From Octopus bimaculoides (taxonomy: Eukaryota), in contig NC_068995.1 of assembly GCF_001194135.2 (NCBI RefSeq), forward strand, positions 55,194,362-55,258,361: DNA of 64,000 bases, written 5' to 3'. Every line of letters starts with the position of its first letter. Positions within the stretch are counted from its first letter, which is position 1. A model generated the notes under the pieces. That model saw only the letters and a program-made list of their open reading frames with translations, was not told the DNA's origin and did no database searches. The position numbers and the translations under genes were made by a program. Shown here one piece after another: positions 41,723 through 55,134 of this stretch.

Positions 41723-42333
41723 AATGGATGTCTTATAAAACTATTCCGCACATACAATAACAGCCATACAAACAATCCAACACACCTCCATCATCAGCTA
41801 CCCCACGGATATCACTATGCTTTCGACACCTGTGCAGTACCATTCAATCCGGGATATCATCACATTCATTCAATCTTAATTCTAGGAACTGAAAGTCTAT
41901 GAGGATTGCTTAATACAGATTTTGAAGTGTAAAGGTGATTTTTAAATAAAAAATATATTTTTTTTAATGTTATATACAAAATTATGAGGATGTTACTAAT
42001 CTTTAATATTTTCTAGTGTGTGAGCGCTTTCATTAAAACTTTTCAAACACACGTGCTTTTAAAGAAGCAGTTGTTATTTTTACATTTCCAACTTATGTAT
42101 GCATTATGCGCAATAACCATAGCGTAGCAAAGTCACTTCATCTAATTATTTCGTTTAAACACTGACAATGCACAGCTGGCAAAAATTTTGGTATGAAATT
42201 ATGTCCATGTAATTTTAAAAACAGATAAACAAAAATATACTTCTAAATATTCCACGTGATAGAAAAATATAATACAATTGCCACAATTTTGCTCCCTGGA
42301 CCAATATGTAATTCGCTAAGTATTACATCTTCC

Positions 42334-42445
42334 AAGAAGAAGAAGAAGAAGAAGAAGAAGAAGAAGAAGAAGAAGAAGAAGAAGAAGAAGAAGAAGAAGA
42401 ATGAGGAGGAGGAAGAGGAGGAAGAGGAGGTAGAGGAGGAGAATA
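42334..42445. repeat. (AAG)n then (GAG)n compound microsatellite
   Basis: Visible directly. Confidence 0.95.
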
Positions 42446-43167
42446 TTAATGATAATATATCCTTGCAAATAGTAGTATACTATATTATTATTATTCATCA
42501 CATGGTAATACTATTATTTTTATTAATATTGTTATTATTATATGTTACATAATTATATAGAAATAATTATTGGTATTAGAAATATATTACAGGTACGATA
42601 TTTAATAAAAACTTAAATCACATCAAACAAAATAAAATCATATTTTCTTGGTTCTTTGTCACATGACTGTTTTCGTGGCCAGTGTATCAAATCAAAGATG
42701 TTCATGTAATTAAACCCTAATCCTCCCTGACTCAACAAACCTATAATGAATGACCTTCAGGCCATGCTATTTTCGTCTGTAGTTTTCACAGAAAATATAT
42801 CGTGGACTTCCTTCTTCAATGTGACCTTCGACTAATATAAGAATAGTGTGATCTGAGAGAGATATGCTTCTTATTTCTAGATCAAAAACGCGAATCCAGA
42901 ATCCACTGTTAGCTAAGCGTACTTTTGTCATGTTTCTCCCTTATTTTTTATCTCTCTCTCTCTCTCTCTGTCTCTTTCTCCGTATCTCTCTTTCACTCTC
43001 TCTTTGAGGGCTTTTGTGCGCTTAAGAGCATCACCATCCAATATAAGAACCATATTTCCTTATAGGACTCATCAAAGATTTGTTAGGATAGTGGTTGCTG
43101 AAGATAAGAATTTTTTCTGTCCCTGAAGGCAGAGATGTAAAGTAATAATCATTAATTACCAAGTAAA

Positions 43168-43340
43168 AGCAGCAAGCTGGTCGACTCGTTTGCACGTCGG
43201 ACAAAATACTTCATGACATTTCTTCTGGCTCTTTACCTTCTGATTTCAAAATTCACCGAAGTGGACTTTGAATCTCTTTTTATCTTTCCATAATCGCTAA
43301 AATAAGTACCAGTTAAGCAGTGGATTCAATGTAATTGCCT
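43168..43340 (+). mobile_element. Old degenerate SINE family B copy
   Basis: agcaagctggtcgactcgtttgcacgtcggacaaaatactt...ttcaaaattcaccgaagtggacttt...taagtaccagtt parallels 52470-52610. Confidence 0.55.
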
Positions 43341-45059
43341 AGCATCCTACTCTAAATTTTAAGCCTAGTCTATATAGTGCAAAAAATGAATTACGTACTA
43401 AACCAGTAAAAGCTTCTTCAACGGTAAACGTATGTGATATCTTTCTTATATCTGCCCATAGTTTTGATACAGAAGATATACTGCAATATATTTTTCTTAA
43501 TAATTTGCTATATTTCTCATTTTATGCTTTCTGATATTAAAATTGAATTATGAAACATTCTGGAACGATTTCTATTTTGTAATTTCTTTTCACTCTTCTA
43601 GTCGTACAGCTAGTCTTTATATAAATACATGTTCTGATTTGTAACATTCTAATTACGTTGTGGTAAATAATTATGTTTTTCTTATAACGTCTACCAAAAC
43701 ATCATTATATTATTATACGTTTTGGCATGTTTTTTGATAAAATAAGTAGAAATATTATCATGATGTAATATTATGTTGTTTAAACAAGGAACACTTTGAT
43801 AAAATATACTCTTTTAATATAATAAAATTACTTTCATTCCAAAAAAATGGCTGTGGAATTAGATTCCATATGATCATAATACTACCTGAAAATTATATTA
43901 CAAGATTTGCAATGGATTTGTATGTGGAAAAAAGTATTTCTGAGACTAGAGAAGAGCTTTCTGAGTTTGTGAACCGATAACTTTACTTCTTAAAATATCT
44001 ACTATTGTTGACATATTTGGAGGACTGTTATTCAGTTTGGCATACTATATCTGAGTTTTATTTATTAGACGTCTGGGTGATTTTATTACCGATTTTATGT
44101 GTAAGAAGATTTATTGATATTTTATTCGGTTACTCACACGCTATATTTTTGTGAAATTAGGGTCATAATGAAGAAGTAAAAAATGCATGTGTCACTGAGA
44201 AATGAGAAATGAGTTTTTCTGCGGAAGCGAACACTCTAAAAAATTTGGTAATGTATCATTACATTTGCAATGTTAAAAAAAATGGAGTAGCAACTCTCAA
44301 AAATAAATAATGAATTTGCAACAGAGATCTTTAAATAAAAAAAAAGACTAGAGTGTAAAACAAAACAGCAGTTAAGAACGAAAATGAAAACACGTACATA
44401 ACATTAGAAGCCTAATAATTTTCTGACACTATTTCTCAAGTTCTTGTAATCTCTATTTTCATTTTCTATTACCATTGTACATTTCTATAAAAAAAAAAAA
44501 GCAAGAAAAAGGAATGAAAAACCTTTTCCTATTTCTCCTCTCGGTTGGTGATAAATGTTTATTACCTTCACTATGAGCAATCAAGCCTTAAACAGAGACC
44601 TAAAACTGTATAATTATAATATTAAAAAAAAAACGTACGATGCGTTGTAATTAAACGGATAATGGCAAAAGTTGATACACAAATCTTAACAAAAGTCGTA
44701 TAATGAAATTTAATATAAACATCGAAGTGAAATAACAAATTAGATATGAAAATGCAAAAAAAAATAATGCAAGTGAAGTAGACGCGCATTTGTCTTTTCG
44801 TAATTATGAACAAACCGCATATCGATAATAATTAATGAAGTTATAACAAGACAGTAGCGTAGTTTATGCTTTTCTTTTACGAGTCTAGAAGTGCCTTCAT
44901 TCACGTGCTTCATTTCGGTCTTATTCTCGGTATCTGTTTATTTTTATATACATATGTACAAGCCCAAACACGTACACAGAAACACACACATAAGGAGATA
45001 TACATATCTCTATGTAAATATATGTGTGCATATACAGTTATATATATATACATATATAC

Positions 45060-45098
<39 letters not shown>

Positions 45099-46289
45099 TA
45101 TANNNNNNNNNNNNNNNNNNNNNNNNNNNNNNNNNNNNNNNNNNNNNNNNNNNNNNNNNNNNNNNNNNNNNNNNNNNNNNNNNNNNNNNNNNNNNNNNNN
45201 NNNNNNNNNNNNNNNNNNNNNNNNNNNNNNNNNNNNNNNNNNNNNNNNNNNNNNNNNNNNNNNNNNNNNNNNNNNNNNNNNNNNNNNNNNNNNNNNNNNN
45301 NNNNNNNNNNNNNNNNNNNNNNNNNNNNNNNNNNNNNNNNNNNNNNNNNNNNNNNNNNNNNNNNNNNNNNNNNNNNNNNNNNNNNNNNNNNNNNNNNNNN
45401 NNNNNNNNNNNNNNNNNNNNNNNNNNNNNNNNNNNNNNNNNNNNNNNNNNNNNNNNNNNNNNNNNNNNNNNNNNNNNNNNNNNNNNNNNNNNNNNNNNNN
45501 NNNNNNNNNNNNNNNNNNNNNNNNNNNNATATATATATATATATATACAAAAACATACACATGCATATGTATTTATACATTTATGTGTGAGTGTGTATGT
45601 GTGTCTACGTGCGAGCGTTTGTGTGTGTGCGCGCGCAGAATATATAGATCTTGGTTAATGAGTGCATTAGTATTGTAGCTGCTTACACTCACCTAGTGTT
45701 CACAAATTGAGTTACATATCGTATGTCATTTCGTTTCTCATCTGCTGTATGCACAAGTTTTAAGGTAGTACAAATCAACCTTTGTACTATATGTATTGAA
45801 GCATGTTAATTCTATTTTCGCTCACAATATAAGACTTGTTAACCTGTACTTTAACTACATGGTTTGATTCTTTGGATGTTCCATTTCTTCAATCCCAGAC
45901 AGCTCATAGCACAAAGACAACATGTAAACAACTAGCCTTGTCTTTACAATTGTGCCAAGCCGATTCGAATATACATTTAGCTGGTAAAATAAGACGCAAA
46001 CAATATTTATAAAATTGGTATAGTAGATTTTTTTTCTTAAAATTAGAATAGTTCCCGTTAGTGAAAAATCAACGATCACGTGTAGAGATAAATTGAAAGA
46101 GGTATCATATGAGTACCGATACGATAATAATAAAATATGCAGAGCTCTTTCCATTTTGTAAAAAAAAATATTGCTAGCAGTTAGTGATATGGATACAGTT
46201 AACAACAAAATTTTATGAGCAGACTTACCCATCATGCAATCCTTCATATTATTGTTATTCATAACAGCACGAACATTAATAATAATGAT

Positions 46290-46327
46290 AATGATTTCTT
46301 TTAATAATAATAATAATAATAATAATG

Positions 46328-46359
<32 letters not shown>

Positions 46360-46480
46360 GAGAAGGAGGAAGAAGAGGAGAAGGAAGAAGAGAAAGTAGG
46401 GGTAGTAGAGAAGGGGGAGGATAATAATGATGATAATGTTAAACATATTGCTACTAACATTATTATCATCATCATCATCA

Positions 46481-46571
<91 letters not shown>

Positions 46572-46620
46572 CAGCAGTTGTAATTGTTGTTGTTGCTGTC
46601 GTTATTATTATTATTATTAG
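46290..46620. repeat. Compound trinucleotide microsatellite (AAT, GAG/GAA, CAT, TAT, TAG, TGT)
   Basis: Visible directly. Confidence 0.95.
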
Positions 46621-47026
46621 CATTAGGATTAGTATATTTTCATAGTTTTTAAGCTAATAATATCTATATAATATATTACAATAATCTCTGAAATGACAAA
46701 GGAGATATTTTGATAAATTTATTTCCGTAGGACAAGGAGAACATTACTTTCAGTGAAAATTCACATTTGGCATTTACTTCAAAATATGAATGCTTAATCA
46801 CTCGTCGTTCACCGACTGGAAAAATAAATAGTTAATGTCCCTAACATTTATATTTGAGTAGATTTAATGCTTCTAAGAACGCGAAAGAATTTCTCTGTCC
46901 TTTGCAGTAATCTATCTGCATTAAGATGCTGATTCCATGTTACAGGAACTGCATGCGTTATACAGTTCTATTCTTCAAGCATCGCTGTTTTGTTTCTTAA
47001 AAGTTTCAGCTACTAATATATGTATG

Positions 47027-47097
<71 letters not shown>

Positions 47098-48089
47098 GAG
47101 ACGTGATGCACACGCTCACACATACTTCAAGAACTATAATGAAATAATGGTAAGCTGCCAGGTAAATAATGACTTCGTAAGTAAATAAGTTCAATACATT
47201 ACTCTCATGTTATCATGTGTGTGTGGACACCTTCTCTCTCTCTCTCTCCCTCTCTCATTCAACACATAAATACACATACACAGACACACTCACATACACA
47301 CACACATAAATGAGTGCGTAGTAATTTTATATTCGGGTAGACAATTTATAGATTACCGTTTCAAGCCAGTCTACAATATTCGGCTACCTAATGTCAACAA
47401 TAGCGTTTAGGTATATATCACAGGGTTTAGAAAGTCCTTTGTGTCCGTAAGGTTTATATAAAAAAAATATGAGAAACAGAAAATGGAGTTCTTGTGTGTC
47501 CTTATACAAAACCACTACTTACAGGTGAGATGTTGTACAATCAATTTTAGGTGTAGGTGCATTATAGGTACAGAGGCGTTTTCTCAGGTAACTTTTCAAA
47601 TAAGTACTTCATTTTATACTTGCCATTTCACCTGTTTCTATAACAGCACATTTTAATTAGTGTAGCGTTCAATCCGTCGTGTTAAAGGAGAAAGTCAATA
47701 ATAATTCGAAACAAGAAATCCAAGAAAATACTGAAAACTTTCCGCAGCAGATGAATACACACGCTACATATAAACACATTCTTATGTCCACAAATGGCGA
47801 GCATTTACACACGCCACAAATACAAAAGTCTGCCATGTTAAGTATAAATGCACATACTTTAGAACATGCAAAGAAAGCCAAAAATCCAGGCGTTTTTATT
47901 ACTTATAATATATATACTTGTTCTTCATTACTACATGTTTTATCAAGCTTAGAAGTTAGAGTTTATCCAAAAAGATATATATTCATAATTTAAAGAAACG
48001 TAACGAAATATTGCAATGCTTTCCGTGGGGTTACTCATCCGAATCCGCAATCCACTAAGTTTTCTTAATATAATTTCATATATAGATGC

Positions 48090-48600
48090 AAGACAACAAA
48101 TTTGTGGTGTATATTATGCAGTCATAGATTTAGGGAAGGCGCTACACTCGATTAAACCTAAATTTATATTGGATGTTTCATATTTTGTTTATTCTGGAAC
48201 TCTGTAAATCACAATCGGAAATGGCCAAGGAATTTTATTGTGTATGAAATCAAAAAATTCTGATACTTTTCCAAATACAAAAAAACATCTGAAGGGGATA
48301 ATAGAAACAGTACTTCCGGTAAATTCAAATTGAGAAGACGTTGGTAAAAGAACGATATATAATACAAATTTTTACTACTGAATCAATGAATACCTGGAAT
48401 CTATAGTATTGATTTTCAAGTTGAAATTCATACAGAGATGTACTTGAGCATAACCATTTTACAGCAAAAAGGAACTGAAAATAAAATGGCTGAAATGGAA
48501 GCATCTATCGATTCAAGTACCATTAATTTGCTTTGTGTATGTGTTGAGAATATAGTTAAGAGACTACATATTTTAGGTTCTAAAATGTTAAGGAGAATAT
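48090..48600 (+). mobile_element. Ancient LINE reverse transcriptase relic
   Basis: YAVIDLGKALHSI (cf. FIDLxKAFDSV), GQGILL (cf. QGxxLSP) and IVKRLHILGSK (cf. VxxFxYLGS) occur in the correct order, with stops and frameshifts. Confidence 0.35.
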
Positions 48601-48855
48601 ACTGCAACTGTGAAGTTACCAACACTGAGGAAAAACGTTTACCTTAATTATTCTAGTAAGAATACATCCTTATGATTTTAATCGACAATAATAGATTATA
48701 TCAAAAAAGCAATGACTGATCTTGATTTCTTTCGAATAAAAAGCTGTCCATACATTTAAGTAGTTAATTTTGTATATTCGTGAAATATTACTCTAAAAGG
48801 AGATTGCTGTATGTGTCACTGTAATTTATTAATAACATATCTCTAATAATTTATA

Positions 48856-49065
48856 TTTGTTTCAGTTATTTGACTGCGGCCATGTTGAGGCAATGCCTTG
48901 AAGAATTTTTAGGCGAATGAATTGACCCCAGTACACTTTTTCTTTTAATCCTGATAATAATCGTATCGGTTTTTTTGTCCCATTACTAAGATAAGGGGAC
49001 GTAAACACGCCAACACCAGTTGTCAAATGTTGGTGATGCACAAATATAGACACACATACACTACA
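48856..49065 (-). mobile_element. 3' half of SINE family A
   Basis: gtttcagttatttgactgcggccatg...ggggacgtaaacacgccaacaccagttgtcaa...cacaaatatagacac parallels 9770-9970. Confidence 0.8.
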
Positions 49066-49072
49066 CACGTAT

Positions 49073-49115
<43 letters not shown>

Positions 49116-49301
49116 ATAGAAAGGACAACAAAAAATAAGTGTTACATATTTTCACAGATACATATATATATATATATATATATAATAATATTAGGGCCAA
49201 AATTCAAGATTACAGGTAAAAACTCAATTAAAATCAATTTATATATATATATATATATATAATAGAGTTATTAATATTTCTAAGTCTCTCTAAAGGAGAC
49301 T

Positions 49302-49399
49302 ACGGCAGCGGTACTGGAAATTAATAGTTATCGCCAAGCCAACATGGCAGTCCCAAAATTAGGACGAAAGCTGCCGTGAATTAGCTCCAAGAAGCCATC
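49302..49399 (+). other. Partial hammerhead-like fold (stem II + GAAA + closing helix; CUGANGA absent)
   Basis: GTCC-CAAAATTA-GGAC-GAAA at 49350-49369; ACGGCAGC (49302-09) pairs perfectly with GCTGCCGT (49370-77). Confidence 0.3.
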
Positions 49400-50439
49400 G
49401 CCTCTAGCTAGCTATGTGACACACATATATATATATATATGCATGTATGTATATGTGCTTAGATATAAGTGGCTGTATTTATCTATAAAAATATGGAGGT
49501 ACGTGCACCAATGTACATGTCTATATTTCCTTGCTATAAAACGTTACAGGCTTAGGTCACATCAATTATTCCCTCAAGGAACGCCAGAGTCAACGAGTCA
49601 TAGTTCAAGAATTATTTCTGTAGGTATTATGTTTGATTCCATTCTGATACCTTAGCTACACATAGACACCTGCAGATGAAGGTAACAAAACTTCAACTAA
49701 CATCATGGTAGTTAGAGGTTGGGGCTCTGAGAGCCACATATCTCTGTCTACCACAAACACGATCTGATTGAATAGAAATAACTCACACGCAAAGTTGATG
49801 ACTTGTATATGCATACACATAAGTACGTGTGTCTATATGTATGTGTGCATGTATGCATGCATTTATGTATGTATGTATGTATCAAACATGTTTCGTTTTA
49901 CTTAAGTAGCTAGTGTTATTGCAATACTTCGTGGCGTCACAGTTCTTCTGAAACCAATCTTTTGTATAATGAAGCTGTTGACCTATTAAAGAAAATGTGT
50001 GCATCACGAAAGTTCAAGAAATGGACACTACATTATGGCTTTATAGCATTTGATACATATGCATATCGCTCTTCTATAGTTTCATTTATGGTATTGGATT
50101 ATTTTCAATAAATACAAATTCTCTACATTATAATAACACTGAAAATAGGAGATCTGGCACCTCGTGCTAGTTCCAATAACTCAAGCGTGTCAAGTTTATT
50201 GATTTGTATTTATCCGATATTTGAAATTGATATTCTGGGGATTTAACGTCCGTTAACTAAATTTGTCGCTTTTTTTATCTTTTGAAAGCTAATTTATGTT
50301 TGACAGAAATACATTTTCCTAGACGACAGGCGTATCATATTTTTGAAAACATATCATCTAAATTTTAAGCAAACTATTTGCGACGTATCATAGAGAGGTG
50401 TTGTGTTGAAGGATAAGCAATCAACGAGATAGAAGAAAT

Positions 50440-50630
50440 TAGCCAAGCCGTTTATTTACAGTGCTTAAAATTATCCTTTGTCGATTGGGCGCAGCTACGA
50501 AGAGCAGATCCAGCCCCTAACACCTGACTATTACAACCGTCAAAACATTTTGGGTTTGCATAGTGGCATTCAAATTTTGATAAATGTTAATTTAAAATTG
50601 TCCATCATTAACGCTTTTGATACGATGTTT
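50440..50630 (+). mobile_element. Possible ancient LINE RT relic
   Basis: VLKIILCRL and LSIINAFDTM resemble the RT motifs EKII..RL and LD..KAFDTV. Confidence 0.25.
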
Positions 50631-50632
50631 AA

Positions 50633-50676
<44 letters not shown>

Positions 50677-51759
50677 TTATGCGCGTAAAATATATATGAC
50701 GCATATCATCAGCTGGATTTGAAATATTACAGTTTTTCCTAACCACCCGCCCCATCATCAGCCATTGTAAGAAAATACATCTAGATATTTTTCCCTCGCT
50801 TAACTGAAATAGAAGAGCAACAGATTACTGGGACAATACTTTCCGATTGCTTTAGAAGGAGGGCAATTAACGGCGAAACTAGTAGCTTGCATTCCCTTAA
50901 CTATTTGTCCATTGTCAAAGGACTTTCAGCATTATTCAAAGAAACGCTCGCGCGTGTGAGGGTGTGTATGTGTTTCTGTGTGGTGGGTGAAACACAAATA
51001 TGTACTTCTGAGCAAATGAATTTTTTTTTTTATAGTTAGAGTAAAATATATATTTCGAAAGCTTTGTTGTGAAGTATTTGTTATCTGTGCATTTTATGCG
51101 TTTCTAATCAACAATTTTGCTGAATAATCTGTTGCTATTATTTTGAAGAAGAATACCAATTTTATAACACTGTTTCAGTCATATTGGATAAAATTCAATA
51201 ACAATTTTTATTTGAATTTCATAACAGCCCGCATTCTTTTCACCAATACTATTGTTCCTTTCCCAAATATTTATATTTTATTGTGTTATTTTCGATAGAA
51301 ATCACCAACAATATGTCATTATAATATACTTCAGTATACTTCCGGTATCTTTGATTTGTTCCGACGCGAGGAAAATATAAGCGATTTTGGTATCCAAATA
51401 TTTCTTTTAAGGAGACAAAAAGCGTTAATATTGAAAAAGATAATGTCAGTGTAACAATGATTTGCTATCTGAGATATATGAGATGTAAAGAAAGAAAATT
51501 GAATTATAGACATAAAATCATTAATGATAGATGGAGGGTGTGATACAGTCTGTCAATGTAACAATAGCATAACTATATATTAGGGTATATAAACACATAC
51601 ACTCACACGTATATCCACACATGTATATAAATATATATAATGAAATGTTGTATATGCATGTGTCTGTGTAATATTGCATACAAAAGCGATACTACTTAAT
51701 AAATAGTTAATATCAGTGAGTAATATGTTCATATATAATGTGTATAATTGTTTTTTATC

Positions 51760-51812
<53 letters not shown>

Positions 51813-51906
51813 NNNNNNNNNNNNNNNNNNNNNNNNNNNNNNNNNNNNNNNNNNNNNNNNNNNNNNNNNNNNNNNNNNNNNNNNNNNNNNNNNNNNTGTG
51901 TGTGTG

Positions 51907-51939
<33 letters not shown>

Positions 51940-52293
51940 ATGTGTGTTTGGGTGTGTGTGTATGTGTGTTTGTGTGTTTGTGTGTGTGTATGTGTGTTTG
52001 TGTGTGTGTGTGTGTGTGTGTTTGTGTGTGGGTGTGTCTGTGTGTGGGTGTGTGTGTATGTGTGTGTGTGTGTCTGTGTGTGTGCGTGTGTAGTTTGAAA
52101 ATCTCAATAAGACATGAAAGTTGTAAACATACTAAGAAGTAATATGTATCGTCACATCAATACAGTTGTTCGGCGTTACTATTTTTAACCCCAGGCAGAT
52201 TCCATGCCAGTTGGTTACCGGTGCAGCCTGCACCCTGTATATATTGCAAGTAGGGGAGCGAACCCCTACCTTCCTCTAGCAGACGACGGAATT

Positions 52294-52338
52294 ACAAGAC
52301 CGAACGGTTTCGGGCTATATGTGCCCATCTTCAGTTGT
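52294..52338 (-). ncRNA. Apparently intact minimal type I hammerhead ribozyme
   Basis: Minus strand ACAA-CTGAAGA-T-GGGC-ACATATA-GCCC-GAA-ACCG-TT-CGGT-C-TTGT: all conserved core nucleotides, stems I, II and III fully paired, GUC cleavage triplet. Confidence 0.85.
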
Positions 52339-52469
52339 GAACACTCGATCGCTACAAATATAACTACCTTACTTGGCGCAATATAGACATAAATATTTAG
52401 CTAATCGAATTTAAAGTTGTAGTGCAGATATTTTGCATGAGCTGCGCTCTAGTCATTATTAACAACTCC

Positions 52470-52706
52470 TAAGGCGGCGAGCTGGCAGAAACGTTAGCAC
52501 GCTGGACGAAATACTTAGCGGTATTTCGTCTGCCGTTACGTTCTGAGTTCAAATCCGCCGAGGTCAACTTTGCCTTTCATCCTTTCGGGGTCGATAAATT
52601 AAGTACCAGTTATGCACTGGGGTCGATGTAATCGACTTAATCCCTTTGTCTGTCCTTGTTTGTCCCCTCTATATTTAGCCCCTTGTGGGCAATAAAGAAA
52701 TAAGAA
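52470..52706 (+). mobile_element. Well-preserved SINE family B copy
   Basis: taaggcggcgagctggcagaaacgttagcacg...gagttcaaatcc (B box)...ggcaataaagaaataagaa; homologous to 35996, 18043, 38204, 43168. Confidence 0.9.
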
Positions 52707-52885
52707 TTCTAAGCACGTCTGGCAAAATACTTAGCGGTGCTTTGTCCGTCTTTATGTTCTCAGTTCAAATTCCATTAAAGTCGACTTTCATCCTTAAGTA
52801 CCAGTGTAACTCTAGGGCCGATGTAATCGACTAGTCCCATCCTCAAAACTTTCAGGCCTTGTGCCTTTAGAAGAAATGATTATTT
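52707..52885 (+). mobile_element. Older family B copy directly in tandem
   Basis: aagcacgtctggcaaaatacttagcggt...cagttcaaattcc...gtcgactttcatcc...taagtaccag...gatgtaatcgact repeats the body of the preceding copy with a different 3' end. Confidence 0.75.
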
Positions 52886-53005
52886 ACAATTCCTTGGGAA
52901 TAATCATATTGTATTCACGCAATACTTCGTCTGATGCATTTTGTATGCAGACAACGGCTTCTTATTATAATAAAGCATAAAGACAGTGGTTTTGAAGATA
53001 AGATT

Positions 53006-53140
<135 letters not shown>

Positions 53141-54412
53141 GAGGAATAAACAGCGTTCAATTACTTGCTGTAATGTCCCGTTTAGTCTCAATGTGAGTAC
53201 ATTAATTTCGTTAATTTATTAGATAAATGTCGTTTGGAAAAATTATAGATATTATCAGATTTTGAAGAGGAATAACATTAAGTTTCAGTTGAAAACATAC
53301 TTATAAAACAGAATTGAAATTAAAAATCTTAAATAGATATCAACGTGTCTCTCTTTCGTTCCTCCTGCTATTTTAACGTTGCAAATTGTCCATTACATCA
53401 AAGATATCTTTAGAATACCGTTGTTCTGTGAAATGATGGAAAGCACTTCTATAAATCCGGAGAATTTTAACCTGCTTACTGAAAATATCTTTATGCTAAT
53501 ATTTAGTCAACATAGGAATATTCTTATGTATTCAAATATATATCTAAATTATTTTACGCAGCAGAGTATCATGAAAGTATAACAATATTTAAAAAGAATA
53601 GGCCAAACATTTTATCCAGAGTAACAACAGTCGCGAGACTAGTTTTACCTAACAAAATTAGCGTATATTTTTATAGCGATTGCATTGAAGACACAATTTT
53701 CTGCTGTGGTATTCCTGTCAACGGAGTTATGACTGGTTGCCTTCAAACTTTCTACGACACTCGCTAGTCAAACAAATCTAAAAGAAGGAATTGGAATAAA
53801 ATAAATGTTGCCATTTGGTCTGTGTGTCGTGTGTTTGTGTATGTATATATGGTTGTATGCATGTATGTATGTAGGTATATGTGTATATATGTATGCATGC
53901 ATGCATGTATGTATGTATGTATGTATGCATGTGAGTCTATATGTGCCTCTGTGTGTCTGTGTGTGCCTGATGATATGGATTTATTTAAAAATTTATGGCA
54001 ATGCATGTCTTAAGGCAATATATGTCTTACAGAGAAGCTCTATATCGTATAACAACACGCTTCCATCTTATACAAAATATCTGAACATAACAAATGGCAA
54101 ACTTTCTACATATTGATGGTCAATGAAAATGATTTAAGTAATCAGCCACGTGACCAACCATTGTGGTTCTACACTTTCCAGTATTTCATTGAACATTGTA
54201 TTTTCCATTATTTTACTTTCACAATTTAGTATGTGAACAGCACCAAATATGTATGTCTCTTAGCAATGCAACTACCGCAGTTGTATCATTTTAGTCTGGT
54301 TCGGTTATAGTTTCCGTGTTTTTCACATTTTACGTTCATTGGAGTTAATACGCTATGGCGACTGTCGCATTTAAGTTTTCTACGATGAATTGTCTTTGTG
54401 ATATACATAGTG

Positions 54413-54456
<44 letters not shown>

Positions 54457-54593
54457 NNNNNNNNNNNNNNNNNNNNNNNNNNNNNNNNNNNNNNNNNNNN
54501 NNNNNNNNNNNNNNNNNNNNNNNNNNNNNNNNNNNNNNNNNNNNNNNNNNNNNNNNNNNNNNNNNNNNNNNNNNNNNNNNNNNNNNNNNNNNN

Positions 54594-54652
<59 letters not shown>

Positions 54653-55134
54653 CATATACATACATACATACATACATACAGACATATATATATGTGTGGG
54701 GGTGCGTGTGTGTGTGTGTGTGTGTGTTATCTGCACCTCAAGATGTATTAATTTATAATAGCAAGTGTATTGCACTTATCAAGACGGCTGAAATATGGTA
54801 TAATGCGTATGAAATATTAAACCATAAATTTACTCAATCTCGTTATGTTTTATGTTGAGAATCTCCTCATTCTAATAAAGATGGGTAGATTTAAAACTTT
54901 TCGAAAGCATCATCGTTGAATTTTTTCGTCAGTGGTATGAAAATAGAATTCTAGACACTGTTAGAAATAGCTTTGTCGTCAAACTGTCGCTAGATCAAGA
55001 GATGTAAAAAAAAAAAACTTCTACGGATTATATAATCTGTTTCACAACATATTTTGTAGCAAATATTAAATATTTCTTACACGAATATATTTTTGAAAGC
55101 TGTTTCCTAAAAGATTATCAAGATTCGACTATGA

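Noticed and set aside
45855-46484. 209-aa minus-strand ORF with hydrophobic stretches
   Set aside because: First third is microsatellite; the remainder has no recognisable motif and hydrophobic residues are expected from AT-rich codons
47679-47993. 104-aa N/Q/H-rich ORF
   Set aside because: No domain or convincing splice sites; lies just upstream of a LINE RT relic and may derive from it
49547-49623. 74-nt open block between AG and GT (LRSHQLFPQGTPESTSHSSRIISV)
   Set aside because: No homology cue; another frame resembles a LINE RT segment (SQRVIV), so not called an exon
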